From: Candidatus Oleimmundimicrobium sp.
GTDB taxonomy: Bacteria; Actinomycetota; Aquicultoria; UBA3085; Oleimmundimicrobiaceae
DNA: 64,000 nucleotides
Direction of reading: 5' to 3'
Assembly: GCF_030651595.1 (NCBI RefSeq)
Contig: NZ_JAUSCH010000004.1
Span: forward strand, 74,026 to 138,025
The first letter of the stretch is position 1. Each line of letters begins with the position of its first letter. Of the stretch, positions 19,893 to 28,883 are shown one piece after another. Both the position numbers and the translations under genes were made by a program. The notes under the pieces were generated by a model that searched no databases, had not been told where the DNA came from, and saw only the letters and a list, made by a program, of their open reading frames with translations.

Positions 19893-21914
19893 ATGAAGAA
19901 AGTTGATAACAATATAGCCGAAGCTATCCTTCTAAGTACGGCAGATGGATTAATTGCTTTTGATAAAGATGACAAAATAATTTTATTTAATCCTGTAGCT
20001 GAGCAAATATTGGGGGTTAAACAAGAAAAAGTTATCAACAAACCAATTAAAATGTCGGGTTTACTGGGAATAAAGAGATTAGATAAAGCTGAGGAACCAT
20101 TGAAGTGTTGGGAGTATTTTGGATGCAAACATAAAAAATGCTCAGTATGCAATAAAAAAATTACCCGTTGTTGGCTTTATTCAAACACTTTTTGCAAAGG
20201 CACCTTTAAGGGAACATTTAAAGATAAGATTGATGAATGCAGAGAATGCGAGTTTTTCAAGTTAAATTCAAAAAGAGTAGAAGAAACAGGTATAGCTTCT
20301 GTCGAACAAGCTATCACTAATGGGTCTAACCGTAAAATTATACAAATCAAAACCAGTTCGATTTTAAATAAAAACAATGAATTTTTAGGTTATGTTAAAT
20401 CAATACGCGACATAACTGCTGAGAAAGAAATTTCTCAGCTGAAAAACGAGTTTATTTCCACTGTTTCACACGAACTTCGAACGCCACTTACCTCAATTAA
20501 AGGTTATATTGATCTTCTTTTAGAGCAAGAGGCCGGCAATGTTAATCAAACACAGCGAGAGTTTCTGTCTATAGTGAAGCAAAACAATGATCGTCTTGTT
20601 GTTTTAATCAATGATTTGCTGGATATTTCAAAAATCGAATCGGGTCGAGTACACCTTAGAATTAAAAGTTATAATTTAGCTGAAATTTTAGCAGAAGTTG
20701 TTAATACTTTTAAAACACTTGCAAATCAAAAAAAACAAATTATAAAACTCCGTATTTCAAAAAATTTACCTAAAATTGCCGCAGACAGAGATAAGATGTC
20801 GCAGGTTATGGCCAATCTCATAAGTAATGCAATAAAGTATACGCCAACTGGCGGAACCATAAAGATTGGAACAAAGCGCAACGACTCCAGGGTTGAAATC
20901 TATGTAACCGATACAGGAATTGGAGTATCTCCAGAAGATCAAAAAAATCTTTTTACAAAGTTTTTTCGCGTTGACAATTCACTTACTCGTGAAATTGGAG
21001 GAACCGGTTTAGGGTTATCTATTTGCAAGAAAATAATTGAGTTACATGGCGGGAAAATTTGGGTAGATAGCGAACTAGGCAAGGGGAGCACCTTTACTTT
21101 ATCTATACCTATTTATGAAATAATTGAAGAAGAAAAAACTAAGAGAAACTTAAGTAAATTCCTTAAAAAAGGATTTAGGAAGGGTAAAAAAATTCTTGTG
21201 GTAGACGATGAACCTGAAATTGCAATGTTGCTTCAAATTTATCTCGAAAAAGAGGGGTATAGCGTAATAAAAGCATTTAGCGGTGAAGAAGCGCTGGAAG
21301 TTGCAAGACAAGAAAGCCCGGATTTAATTACTCTAGACATAATGATGGATAAAATGGATGGATTTGAAGTGCTCCGAGAGTTAAAAGATAAGTCGGACAC
21401 GGCCAATATTCCTGTTATTGTTCTTTCTATTGTTTCCGATGAGTACCGGGGGATAAAACTTGGAGCAGTAGATTATCTTACAAAACCAATTAATATTGAA
21501 AAGTTATCTAGGACAGTGAGCAATGCCCTTCGGTCTTCTGCCGGAGCTTCAAAAAAGGTTTTAATAGTAGATGACGATAAAGACCTTGTTGGGTTAGTTC
21601 AAGAAATACTTAACAATCAGGGTTATAATACAGTTGTTGCTTATGATGGCTTAGAAGGGATTATTGCCGCAAAAAAGGAACAGCCCGATCTCATTCTTTT
21701 GGATATAAAAATGCCCCAGTTAAATGGTTATGAGGTTGTGCAGAAACTTAAAAAAGCAAAGGAAACCTCCAAAATCCCAATTGTCGTTATGACAGCTTAC
21801 GAATTTGACAAAACTAAGACTGAAATATTAAGCTTGATAGAACAGCAAATTTCAAAACCATTTTCAGTCGATATGATATATTCCAAAATTAAAGAAGTAT
21901 TAAAAGAGGTATAA
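19893..21914 (+). CDS. Soluble hybrid histidine kinase 2 (paralog of kinase 1)
   Basis: VSHELRTPL H-box, same domain order, same Cys-rich insert. Confidence 0.95.
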   Translation: MKKVDNNIAEAILLSTADGLIAFDKDDKIILFNPVAEQILGVKQEKVINKPIKMSGLLGIKRLDKAEEPLKCWEYFGCKHKKCSVCNKKITRCWLYSNTFCKGTFKGTFKDKIDECRECEFFKLNSKRVEETGIASVEQAITNGSNRKIIQIKTSSILNKNNEFLGYVKSIRDITAEKEISQLKNEFISTVSHELRTPLTSIKGYIDLLLEQEAGNVNQTQREFLSIVKQNNDRLVVLINDLLDISKIESGRVHLRIKSYNLAEILAEVVNTFKTLANQKKQIIKLRISKNLPKIAADRDKMSQVMANLISNAIKYTPTGGTIKIGTKRNDSRVEIYVTDTGIGVSPEDQKNLFTKFFRVDNSLTREIGGTGLGLSICKKIIELHGGKIWVDSELGKGSTFTLSIPIYEIIEEEKTKRNLSKFLKKGFRKGKKILVVDDEPEIAMLLQIYLEKEGYSVIKAFSGEEALEVARQESPDLITLDIMMDKMDGFEVLRELKDKSDTANIPVIVLSIVSDEYRGIKLGAVDYLTKPINIEKLSRTVSNALRSSAGASKKVLIVDDDKDLVGLVQEILNNQGYNTVVAYDGLEGIIAAKKEQPDLILLDIKMPQLNGYEVVQKLKKAKETSKIPIVVMTAYEFDKTKTEILSLIEQQISKPFSVDMIYSKIKEVLKEV

Positions 21915-21933
21915 ATTAAAAGAGGTATAAAAA

Positions 21934-22308
21934 ATGTCAAAAGGTAAAATTTTAGTTGTCGACGACGAACCAGACATCTCTAATTTAATTAAATTTACCT
22001 TAGAGAGAAGGGGATATAAGATTATCTTAGCCAAAAATGGGCAGGATGCAATGAATATAGCAAAAAAAGAACAACCTAAATTAATTTTACTTGATGTGAT
22101 AATGCCAGTTATCAATGGATATGAAGTATGCAGGTTACTAAAAGAATGTGCTGAAACAAAAGATATTCCGGTTATTATGTTATCGGGGAAAACTCAGAAA
22201 ACAGAGATAGAACATGGATTAAAGGTGGGGGCTAATAATTATATTTGCAAGCCTTTTAGCCCTAAAGAATTTGCTAATACCATTGAAGAAATTTTTTCAA
22301 AAAATTAA
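21934..22308 (+). CDS. Single-domain response regulator
   Basis: ILVVDDE, LLDVIMP..NG, KPF; no output domain. Confidence 0.95.
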   Translation: MSKGKILVVDDEPDISNLIKFTLERRGYKIILAKNGQDAMNIAKKEQPKLILLDVIMPVINGYEVCRLLKECAETKDIPVIMLSGKTQKTEIEHGLKVGANNYICKPFSPKEFANTIEEIFSKN

Positions 22309-22435
22309 AAATGTTAAAAATGCACACTATAGGTTGCTAAGCTCGTTTTAAATAGACAAAGCCAATAGAAGAAGTTTTTAATAAAAGAATAATTGTCACA
22401 TAAACAAAAGGCAAATTAAGACAAGGACGTTAAGA

Positions 22436-22882
22436 ATGGCCATAGATGAAACAGAAACATGGAAAAAAAATATCACACCAATATTTCCCTGGATTTTGCT
22501 GTTAATCGTTACAATAATCACACTATCCATCATAACTACTTCATTTAATGAGAATCCTAAAAATACCCAAGAAGCTGGGGTTGAAAAGAGCAAAGAAGTT
22601 AATTTAGAGGCGGAAGAGGACGATGAAATTACAGAAACAGAGAAAATCTCCGTTTCTGACAATAATGACCAAAAATATATTGGCAAAATAAGGATTCTTC
22701 TAAACGACCTAAATCTAAGAGATGAACCATCTATAACAGCGAGTGTGATAAAACAACTTAAAAAAGATACCATTTTTTTTGTAATTTCAGATGAAAATGG
22801 TTGGTATAAGATCACAGATGAAAAAGAAACGGAAGGTTATGTGGCCTCATCTTCTAAATATGTTGAATTAATTGAGGAATAA
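22436..22882 (+). CDS. Membrane-anchored SH3b-domain protein
   Basis: N-terminal TM, acidic linker, LNLRDEPS...GWYKI...GYV...YV. Confidence 0.85.
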   Translation: MAIDETETWKKNITPIFPWILLLIVTIITLSIITTSFNENPKNTQEAGVEKSKEVNLEAEEDDEITETEKISVSDNNDQKYIGKIRILLNDLNLRDEPSITASVIKQLKKDTIFFVISDENGWYKITDEKETEGYVASSSKYVELIEE

Positions 22883-22886
22883 GTCT

Positions 22887-23183
22887 ATGAAATCATTTGG
22901 TAGGGCGGATGAGTTTTATAGGGTTAAATTAATAACACTTTCAGAGACCCAGCCTGAAGAATTCGATTGGAAAGAAGATGTCCTTTATAGAAATCCGCCA
23001 AAAGAATTTACAGTATCTAATGAAATAGAATATCTGGTTATGATAGTTGATAAAAATACGGGTGAAAGTCATCACTCGTATTTTTATAAATTTAAACCAA
23101 AAGCTCAAAAAAAATTTGAGCTAATAAAGAAAGATTTAAAAGAGCTGACAAAAATGCAATTTCAAAAAAGATATCATATTTAA
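22887..23183 (+). CDS. Hypothetical protein
   Basis: ORF with GAGG RBS before ATG 22887; no motif recognised. Confidence 0.7.
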   Translation: MKSFGRADEFYRVKLITLSETQPEEFDWKEDVLYRNPPKEFTVSNEIEYLVMIVDKNTGESHHSYFYKFKPKAQKKFELIKKDLKELTKMQFQKRYHI

Positions 23184-23250
23184 AAATATAACGTATGCCT
23201 AAATGTAGAAGTGAAAAAGTGAAAACAAGTGATATATAAAAAGATGGCTT

Positions 23251-23278
23251 AGTTTACATAAGATATATTATCAGGCCT
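23251..23278 (-). other. Chromosomal dif site (Xer recombination)
   Basis: AGGCCTGATAA-TATATC-TTATGTAAACT, 11-6-11 layout; right arm matches the B. subtilis XerD-type arm; lies at the gene-orientation switch. Confidence 0.9.
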
Positions 23279-23613
23279 AAAATTAAACATTAAAATACTT
23301 CTCTTGGTCTCCCCCTGTGGCAAATATGTCAACTAAACCCAGTAAAAGAATTATTACTGAAAATTTTATAGGGTTAAATTAATAATTAAATTAAAGTTTT
23401 CAAATACCCGTGCTGTTTTAGTATTACTAATCTCTCTCTTTTTTTTCTGATATCACTTTTATTTGTAAAATTGCAAACTCTCTCTTTTTATTACAAATAA
23501 GCTAGCGTGTTTAGTGTATTTAGCTGGTTAGACGCTCTGAGAGGCCGTTTAAGCGGTTTTTATTGCATTAACAATACTTGGGCTATACGGGTAACTCTTA
23601 ATTTTCTAAACTA

Positions 23614-24642
23614 CTATAAGCAAACAAGAGATTGACAGAGATCTAATTGCTCTCTTGTCCCAATAACAATTAAAATATCGCCCTCATTTATCTTTATTGA
23701 TGTCGACGGGTTTGTGTTATAGCTTCCGTTTTTCTTGATAGCTAATACAAGGACTCCTGTTTTGTTTCTAATATTTGCTTCTTCGAGAGTTTTGCTTGCT
23801 ATGCTTGAGCCACTTTTTACTTCAAGTTCTTCCAATTGAAATTTTAAATCCTCACCATGGGTAACTATGTCCAGATAATCAGAAGTTATCGGTTTAATCA
23901 CTAGAGCCGCCATTCTTCTTCCGCCAATTATTGCAGGCGATATTACTCTATTTGCCCCAGCTTTTTTTAATTTTTCCTCTGATTCCTCAAAGTTTGCTCG
24001 TGCAACGATAAAAATGTTTGGGTTTAAGGCTCTTGCGGAAAGTGAAACAAAGACATTGTCAGCATCTGTATCTACAGCTGCAATTAATCCTTTTGCTTTA
24101 GCAATACCGGCCAATTCCAATACCTTGTCGTTTGTAGCATCTCCTTCAACAAATAATAAATTTTCTTCGTCAAGCTCGAAGATGGCCTCAGGATTATTTT
24201 CTACTACAACAAAAGGAATTTTTGTTTTCTTAAATTCTTTGACAACTTGACTGCCAACCCTCCCGTAACCACAGACAATATAGTGATTTTTTAAACTTTC
24301 AATTTTCTTTTTCATCCTTTTCTCCCCCACTATTCCTTTTAAATGACCTTCAACTAAAAATTCAATAGTTGCGCCTAAAGCATATATTCCCGTGCCAACG
24401 CCGCCAACTATTAAACACAGGGTAAATATTTTACCGGCTGCAGAGAGGGGCGCAACTTCGCGAAACCCAACTGTTGAAATTGTAATAATTGTCATGTAGA
24501 GGGCATCAAATAATGACCACCCTTCTATTGATGAATAGCCAAATACGCCTGAGATTAACACAATAAAAAAAATAATCAGAGCCAATCTTAACCTGGAAAC
24601 TATATTTAAATTATTATGGTATTTATATTCCTGTACTCCCAA
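23614..24642 (-). CDS. 2-TM potassium channel with RCK (TrkA-N/C) domains
   Basis: TISTVGF pore signature, GYGRVG Rossmann motif, C-terminal TrkA-C. Confidence 0.93.
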   Translation of the reverse strand: MGVQEYKYHNNLNIVSRLRLALIIFFIVLISGVFGYSSIEGWSLFDALYMTIITISTVGFREVAPLSAAGKIFTLCLIVGGVGTGIYALGATIEFLVEGHLKGIVGEKRMKKKIESLKNHYIVCGYGRVGSQVVKEFKKTKIPFVVVENNPEAIFELDEENLLFVEGDATNDKVLELAGIAKAKGLIAAVDTDADNVFVSLSARALNPNIFIVARANFEESEEKLKKAGANRVISPAIIGGRRMAALVIKPITSDYLDIVTHGEDLKFQLEELEVKSGSSIASKTLEEANIRNKTGVLVLAIKKNGSYNTNPSTSIKINEGDILIVIGTREQLDLCQSLVCL

Positions 24643-25054
24643 ATCCGTTACTTCCCCTTATAGTGCTGTCAAGTTCAGAAACCACTTTAAAAGAAGGAGT
24701 TTCTACTTTTTGTATTACCAGCTGACAGATCTTGTCTCCTTTTTTTACGGCGAAAGTCTCTTTTTTGTCTGTATTGATGGCAATTACACATATCTCGCCC
24801 CTATACTTTGAATCAATCAAACCAGGCGTATTTAATATACTGAGCCCGTGTTTAATTGCCAAGCCGGAGCGTGGCTGAACAAATCCAGCATATCCACCGG
24901 GTATTGAAAGGGCAATTCCTGTGGGGACAAGAACTCTTTCACCCGGTTTTATATCGACATCGATTCTACTAAACAAATCGCAGCCAGCGTCGCCATCGTG
25001 TGCCGGTTTGGGTGTTTGTAAGTCCTTATCTAAAAGTTTAAGTTTTATTTCCAT
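24623..25054 (-). CDS. dut: dUTP diphosphatase
   Basis: AGCDL, PRSGLA, NTPGLIDSKYRGE, RGSNGFGSTG; GGGAGA RBS before ATG 25054. Confidence 0.97.
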   Translation of the reverse strand: MEIKLKLLDKDLQTPKPAHDGDAGCDLFSRIDVDIKPGERVLVPTGIALSIPGGYAGFVQPRSGLAIKHGLSILNTPGLIDSKYRGEICVIAINTDKKETFAVKKGDKICQLVIQKVETPSFKVVSELDSTIRGSNGFGSTGI

Positions 25055-25089
25055 TAAAATATCTCCCATTAAATAATATTTATTAATTT

Positions 25090-25821
25090 TTACCCGCGTA
25101 ATTCTGTCGGTACAAAACGAAGGCATTCCTCGGTTAAATTAATAAGCAGTTCTCTTTTGTATGGCTTTGTTTCCATCAATTTTGGGTCTAATGTTACTTT
25201 GGGATTATACTGTTGTAAATAATAGTGCTGCGCTTTTCGGTTGCCCAAATATTGAGCTATTTCAATTACATCTTCTTTTTCGGCTAGTTTAGGAACTACC
25301 GTAGTTCTGAATTCATGAGAAATGCCTGAATTTACTATTAAATCGATGCTTTTTTTAATTTTTTCGATATTGACGCTGACGCCAGCTGCTTTTGAATATT
25401 TTCTGAAGCTTGACTTAACATCCATTGCAATATGATCAACTAATTCTTCTTTAATCAATCGGGAGAGAACCCGAGGCCGGGTCCCATTGGTATCCAGTTT
25501 TACTGAATAGTCCATCTCTTTTAATATGGATAAGAAATCTTCTAATCCATATTCTATGGTAGGTTCTCCCCCGGTGATTATCACACCATCAAGCCACTTT
25601 TTCTTTGTTTCCAGATGTTGCCTTACTTTTTCCCACGAAAGCAAAGATTGTTTTTTTGGAGAAAGCACAAGTTCCGGGTTGTGACAAAAAGGACATTTAA
25701 AGTTACATCCTCCAACAAATAAAACGCATGCAACCCTCCCCACCCAATCAAGCATGGTAACAGGAACTATTCCCCTTAATTCAATTGATGAACTTTCTAA
25801 ACAGGAACTTACTTTTAACAT
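25090..25821 (-). CDS. nrdG: Anaerobic RNR activating radical SAM enzyme
   Basis: GCNFKCPFCHNP, TGGEPT, KLDTNG, EFRTT; in nrdD operon. Confidence 0.93.
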   Translation of the reverse strand: MLKVSSCLESSSIELRGIVPVTMLDWVGRVACVLFVGGCNFKCPFCHNPELVLSPKKQSLLSWEKVRQHLETKKKWLDGVIITGGEPTIEYGLEDFLSILKEMDYSVKLDTNGTRPRVLSRLIKEELVDHIAMDVKSSFRKYSKAAGVSVNIEKIKKSIDLIVNSGISHEFRTTVVPKLAEKEDVIEIAQYLGNRKAQHYYLQQYNPKVTLDPKLMETKPYKRELLINLTEECLRFVPTELRG

Positions 25822-26064
25822 TTAAGACACATTTCTAAGCTCATCAATATTTGGGATAACACCCAACCAAGATTTCATTTCTTTTCCAATTTCATCCGTT
25901 ACGACTATTGACGGAGCAGACATCACTCCATAAAAAGCAGCTTCAGCTAAACCATTAACTTCACCAATATCATAAAGTTCTACATCATTAAGCTGAGCGG
26001 CTAGCGCTTTGGCCTCCGGACACTTTGGGCAGTCCGCTTTCACAAAAAGTTTTATTTTCATCAT
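25822..26064 (-). CDS. Small thioredoxin/glutaredoxin-like redoxin (NrdH-like)
   Basis: CPKC active site, GLAEAAFYGVMSAP; between nrdD and nrdG. Confidence 0.85.
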   Translation of the reverse strand: MMKIKLFVKADCPKCPEAKALAAQLNDVELYDIGEVNGLAEAAFYGVMSAPSIVVTDEIGKEMKSWLGVIPNIDELRNVS

Positions 26065-28177
26065 TATTACCTCCTTCTAAATTAGTTCGAATTCTATCTT
26101 TGATTTCAGCAACTTTTCCCTTATTCCACGTGGAAACCTTTGAAAAGTATCCAACAATTCTAGTGATGCCATAAACGTTATCTGAATCACAAAGAGGACA
26201 ATTTTTTAAAAGCCCCCTAGAGGTTTTGCAGCAATTATTACAAACTGTAAATTCAGGACTAAACGCAATTTGGGAAGCATTGGTATTTTTAAATGTTTTT
26301 ACCACAAAACTCTTTATTGCAGCTGGGTCCGGTTCATGCTCGCCAAGCCATATATGCACTATTGCTCCAGCTTCAATTAAAGGATGAAAGAGACTTTGTT
26401 TTTCAACTCTTTCAATATAATCAACCTCTGCATCAACAGCAATGTGAACACTATTAGTGTAATAGTACTCGCCATTTTCAAGACTTCCCTTGATAACTTT
26501 TCGTGTTTGGCGAGGATAATATTTCATATCTAATTTTGCTAATCTATATCCGCTCGATTCGGCAGGAGATTCTTCAAGTATCATATTGATTCCATATTGT
26601 TCAGATAAATTTTTGCACTTTAAGTTCATATGAGAAATTACTTTTAATCCAAACTTTAAAGCTTCATCGGATTCATGAAGTTGTTTACCTGTATGAGCTT
26701 CAACCATTTCATTTAGCCCAAGGAGACCTACTAAATAAGTTAATCGTTCAATTTTTAAATATGGATCACCGTCTTTAGACGCACTCAGCATTGCAAGTGG
26801 ACCATTTTTACCAAGATCAAGCAGACTTTTTATAAACTCCTTTTTTTGTAAGTGTGCTTTTGCAACAAGTTCAATGGCTTTATCGATCTCCATAAAAAAC
26901 AGTTGATCATTATCTTGTGCTTTATAAGCTATTCTTGGCAGGTTAATCGTTACATTTTGAAGTGCGGAAAAACGCATTTTTTCAGGAGTTTTTGTTTCTT
27001 TTAAATCTGAACCTTTCAGTCTCAGTTTTAACCGGCAACACTGTGAAACAGTTACTTCGTCTCCTCTATCGAAAACAAAGTAAGTAATTCCTTGTTTACT
27101 TGCTAATTTACAAGCTAAATCTAAGAATTCTTCATGCCCTTCAGTTTCAAAAAAGTCTTTGTTTATGTGAAGTAATGGTTTAGGAAAGACAAAAGTTTTA
27201 CCCACAGCATCGCCTTCCAGATAAATCTCAAACATGGCTTTTAAGAACATCTGAGCTTCTTTTTCGTATTCCTTATAAGTTTTACCCGTAAATACTCCTC
27301 CCGGGCCAACAGCTTTTGTATCTCTAAAATGAGCGGGTATATTCCAGTAAAGATTAAAGTCAGTAAATACAACCTGAGAACCTCTTGCGCCAGCCAATTG
27401 ATTAAATTCGTAAATTAACATTTGAGCTAATTGCTTTATTTCATCATATGACCGGCCAACCATATAAGGAGCAAAAAACATATTTACAGCTTCCCACCCA
27501 ATTGCACCGGCATAATGTGACTGTAACGAAGAGGCCATTTTCACCATATGTCCTATAAGAACTTCGGCATGTTTGGCTGGTTTTGAAGAACTGGTAATAT
27601 TGGGAAGGCTTAGGCCATATTTTTTAATATATTCAAGTGAGTGCCCTCCGCAATACGGCCTCACAATAAAACCAAGGTCATGAATATGAATGTCTCCTAC
27701 AAGGTGGGAAAGTGCCACATCTTCGCTATATACTCGTCTCAACGCAAACTCTTTAAGAATCGATTCGGCAATGGTTAAATTTATCGATTCCGGATTATGT
27801 GTCGTATTGCTGTTCTCTTTGTTTGGATTAAAGATGATTTGTTCAACATCATACATCGGAAGACCCAAGTGAGAATGTTTCTTGTGTGCAATAGTAAGGC
27901 CGCGTTGTATTAATTCAATGTCAATAAGTTCTCTAATAATACTCGTTGTTACCTCAGAAAGATTGCTGTTTAAAATCTTTTGCTCAACAACATCGGCAAT
28001 TCCCTTAGCTAACTCGCTAGCTAAGTTAGTCTCTTTGATCAGGGATTCTATTATTTTCTCTTTGTTCCAGCCATTTATTTCCTGTTGTGATGCTGTGCTT
28101 ACCAACAGTGCGATATCTGTGGTATCATCTGGTCTATCCGGCAAATTTTTTATTACACTGATTACTCTTTTCGACAT
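25988..28177 (-). CDS. nrdD: Class III anaerobic ribonucleoside-triphosphate reductase with ATP cone
   Basis: IHIHDL, SQCCRL finger loop, CxxC..CxxC, RIVGYF glycyl radical motif; GGGAGG RBS before ATG 28177. Confidence 0.96.
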   Translation of the reverse strand: MSKRVISVIKNLPDRPDDTTDIALLVSTASQQEINGWNKEKIIESLIKETNLASELAKGIADVVEQKILNSNLSEVTTSIIRELIDIELIQRGLTIAHKKHSHLGLPMYDVEQIIFNPNKENSNTTHNPESINLTIAESILKEFALRRVYSEDVALSHLVGDIHIHDLGFIVRPYCGGHSLEYIKKYGLSLPNITSSSKPAKHAEVLIGHMVKMASSLQSHYAGAIGWEAVNMFFAPYMVGRSYDEIKQLAQMLIYEFNQLAGARGSQVVFTDFNLYWNIPAHFRDTKAVGPGGVFTGKTYKEYEKEAQMFLKAMFEIYLEGDAVGKTFVFPKPLLHINKDFFETEGHEEFLDLACKLASKQGITYFVFDRGDEVTVSQCCRLKLRLKGSDLKETKTPEKMRFSALQNVTINLPRIAYKAQDNDQLFFMEIDKAIELVAKAHLQKKEFIKSLLDLGKNGPLAMLSASKDGDPYLKIERLTYLVGLLGLNEMVEAHTGKQLHESDEALKFGLKVISHMNLKCKNLSEQYGINMILEESPAESSGYRLAKLDMKYYPRQTRKVIKGSLENGEYYYTNSVHIAVDAEVDYIERVEKQSLFHPLIEAGAIVHIWLGEHEPDPAAIKSFVVKTFKNTNASQIAFSPEFTVCNNCCKTSRGLLKNCPLCDSDNVYGITRIVGYFSKVSTWNKGKVAEIKDRIRTNLEGGNNDENKTFCESGLPKVSGGQSASRSA

Positions 28178-28205
28178 AAGCAAATCCTCCCATAATATAA
28201 TTTTT

Positions 28206-28652
28206 TTACTGTAGCTTTTCAAGTTCAGCCATAAACTCATCTATATCTTTAAACTCTCTATAAACCGACGCAAACCGAATATAAGCAACCTTGTCTATCT
28301 TTTTCAGATGTCTTAAAATCATCTCTCCCAGCTCTTGAGATGAAATTTCGTATTTAAATTCATTTTTGAGTTGTGTTTCAATATCCGATACCATTTTTTC
28401 AAGCCTTGATGCTGTAACATGCCTTTTCACTGTTGCTCGGCCCAATCCGGCAATTAGTTTTCCTCGATTAAACGGTTCGCAAGTTCCATCTTTTTTTATG
28501 ACTGTAAGCGGAATTTCTTCTATTCTTTCAAATGTTGTAAATCGCTGAGAACATTTAACGCATTCCCGTCTTCTGCGAATTGCATCATCGGAATCTGTTG
28601 CTCTTGAATCAACTACTCTGGTGTCTAAACTTCCGCAAAATGGGCACTTCAT
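28206..28652 (-). CDS. nrdR: Transcriptional repressor NrdR
   Basis: MKCPFC, RRRREC..C..RFTTFE, VAYIRFASVY. Confidence 0.98.
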   Translation of the reverse strand: MKCPFCGSLDTRVVDSRATDSDDAIRRRRECVKCSQRFTTFERIEEIPLTVIKKDGTCEPFNRGKLIAGLGRATVKRHVTASRLEKMVSDIETQLKNEFKYEISSQELGEMILRHLKKIDKVAYIRFASVYREFKDIDEFMAELEKLQ

Positions 28653-28680
28653 GCTTTTCCACCGTTTCTCCACAATCTAT

Positions 28681-28727
28681 CCACAATATATTGTGGATAG
28701 ATTTCATAGAAATTCTATATATAGTAT
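28681..28727. promoter_or_regulatory. Tandem NrdR boxes overlapping the nrdR-nrdD promoter
   Basis: CCACAATATATTGTGG (28681) and ATTCTATATATAGTAT (28712), 31 bp apart; minus-strand TTGCCG-17-TAGAAT promoter overlaps the second box. Confidence 0.88.
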
Positions 28728-28826
28728 GTATTATCGGCAACTACTTGAAATTTGTACAGCTTTTTTTAATTTTTTTTTAATTTTGTATCTCTTGCCTACC
28801 ATAATAGCCTTAAAAATTTTTTAAAC

Positions 28827-28866
28827 CGAACGGATGTTTGCATATAAATTATTCTACTGTTATAAT
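28827..28866 (+). promoter_or_regulatory. LexA (Cheo) box and lexA promoter
   Basis: CGAAC-GGAT-GTTTG overlapping TTGCAT-17-TATAAT with extended TG. Confidence 0.85.
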
Positions 28867-28883
28867 TTTTTAAAAAGTTAAAG

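Noticed and set aside
23503-23508. TAGCGT as the CS-6 of a rolling-circle ssoA origin
   Set aside because: A 6-mer alone is expected by chance; no RSB sequence or rep gene nearby
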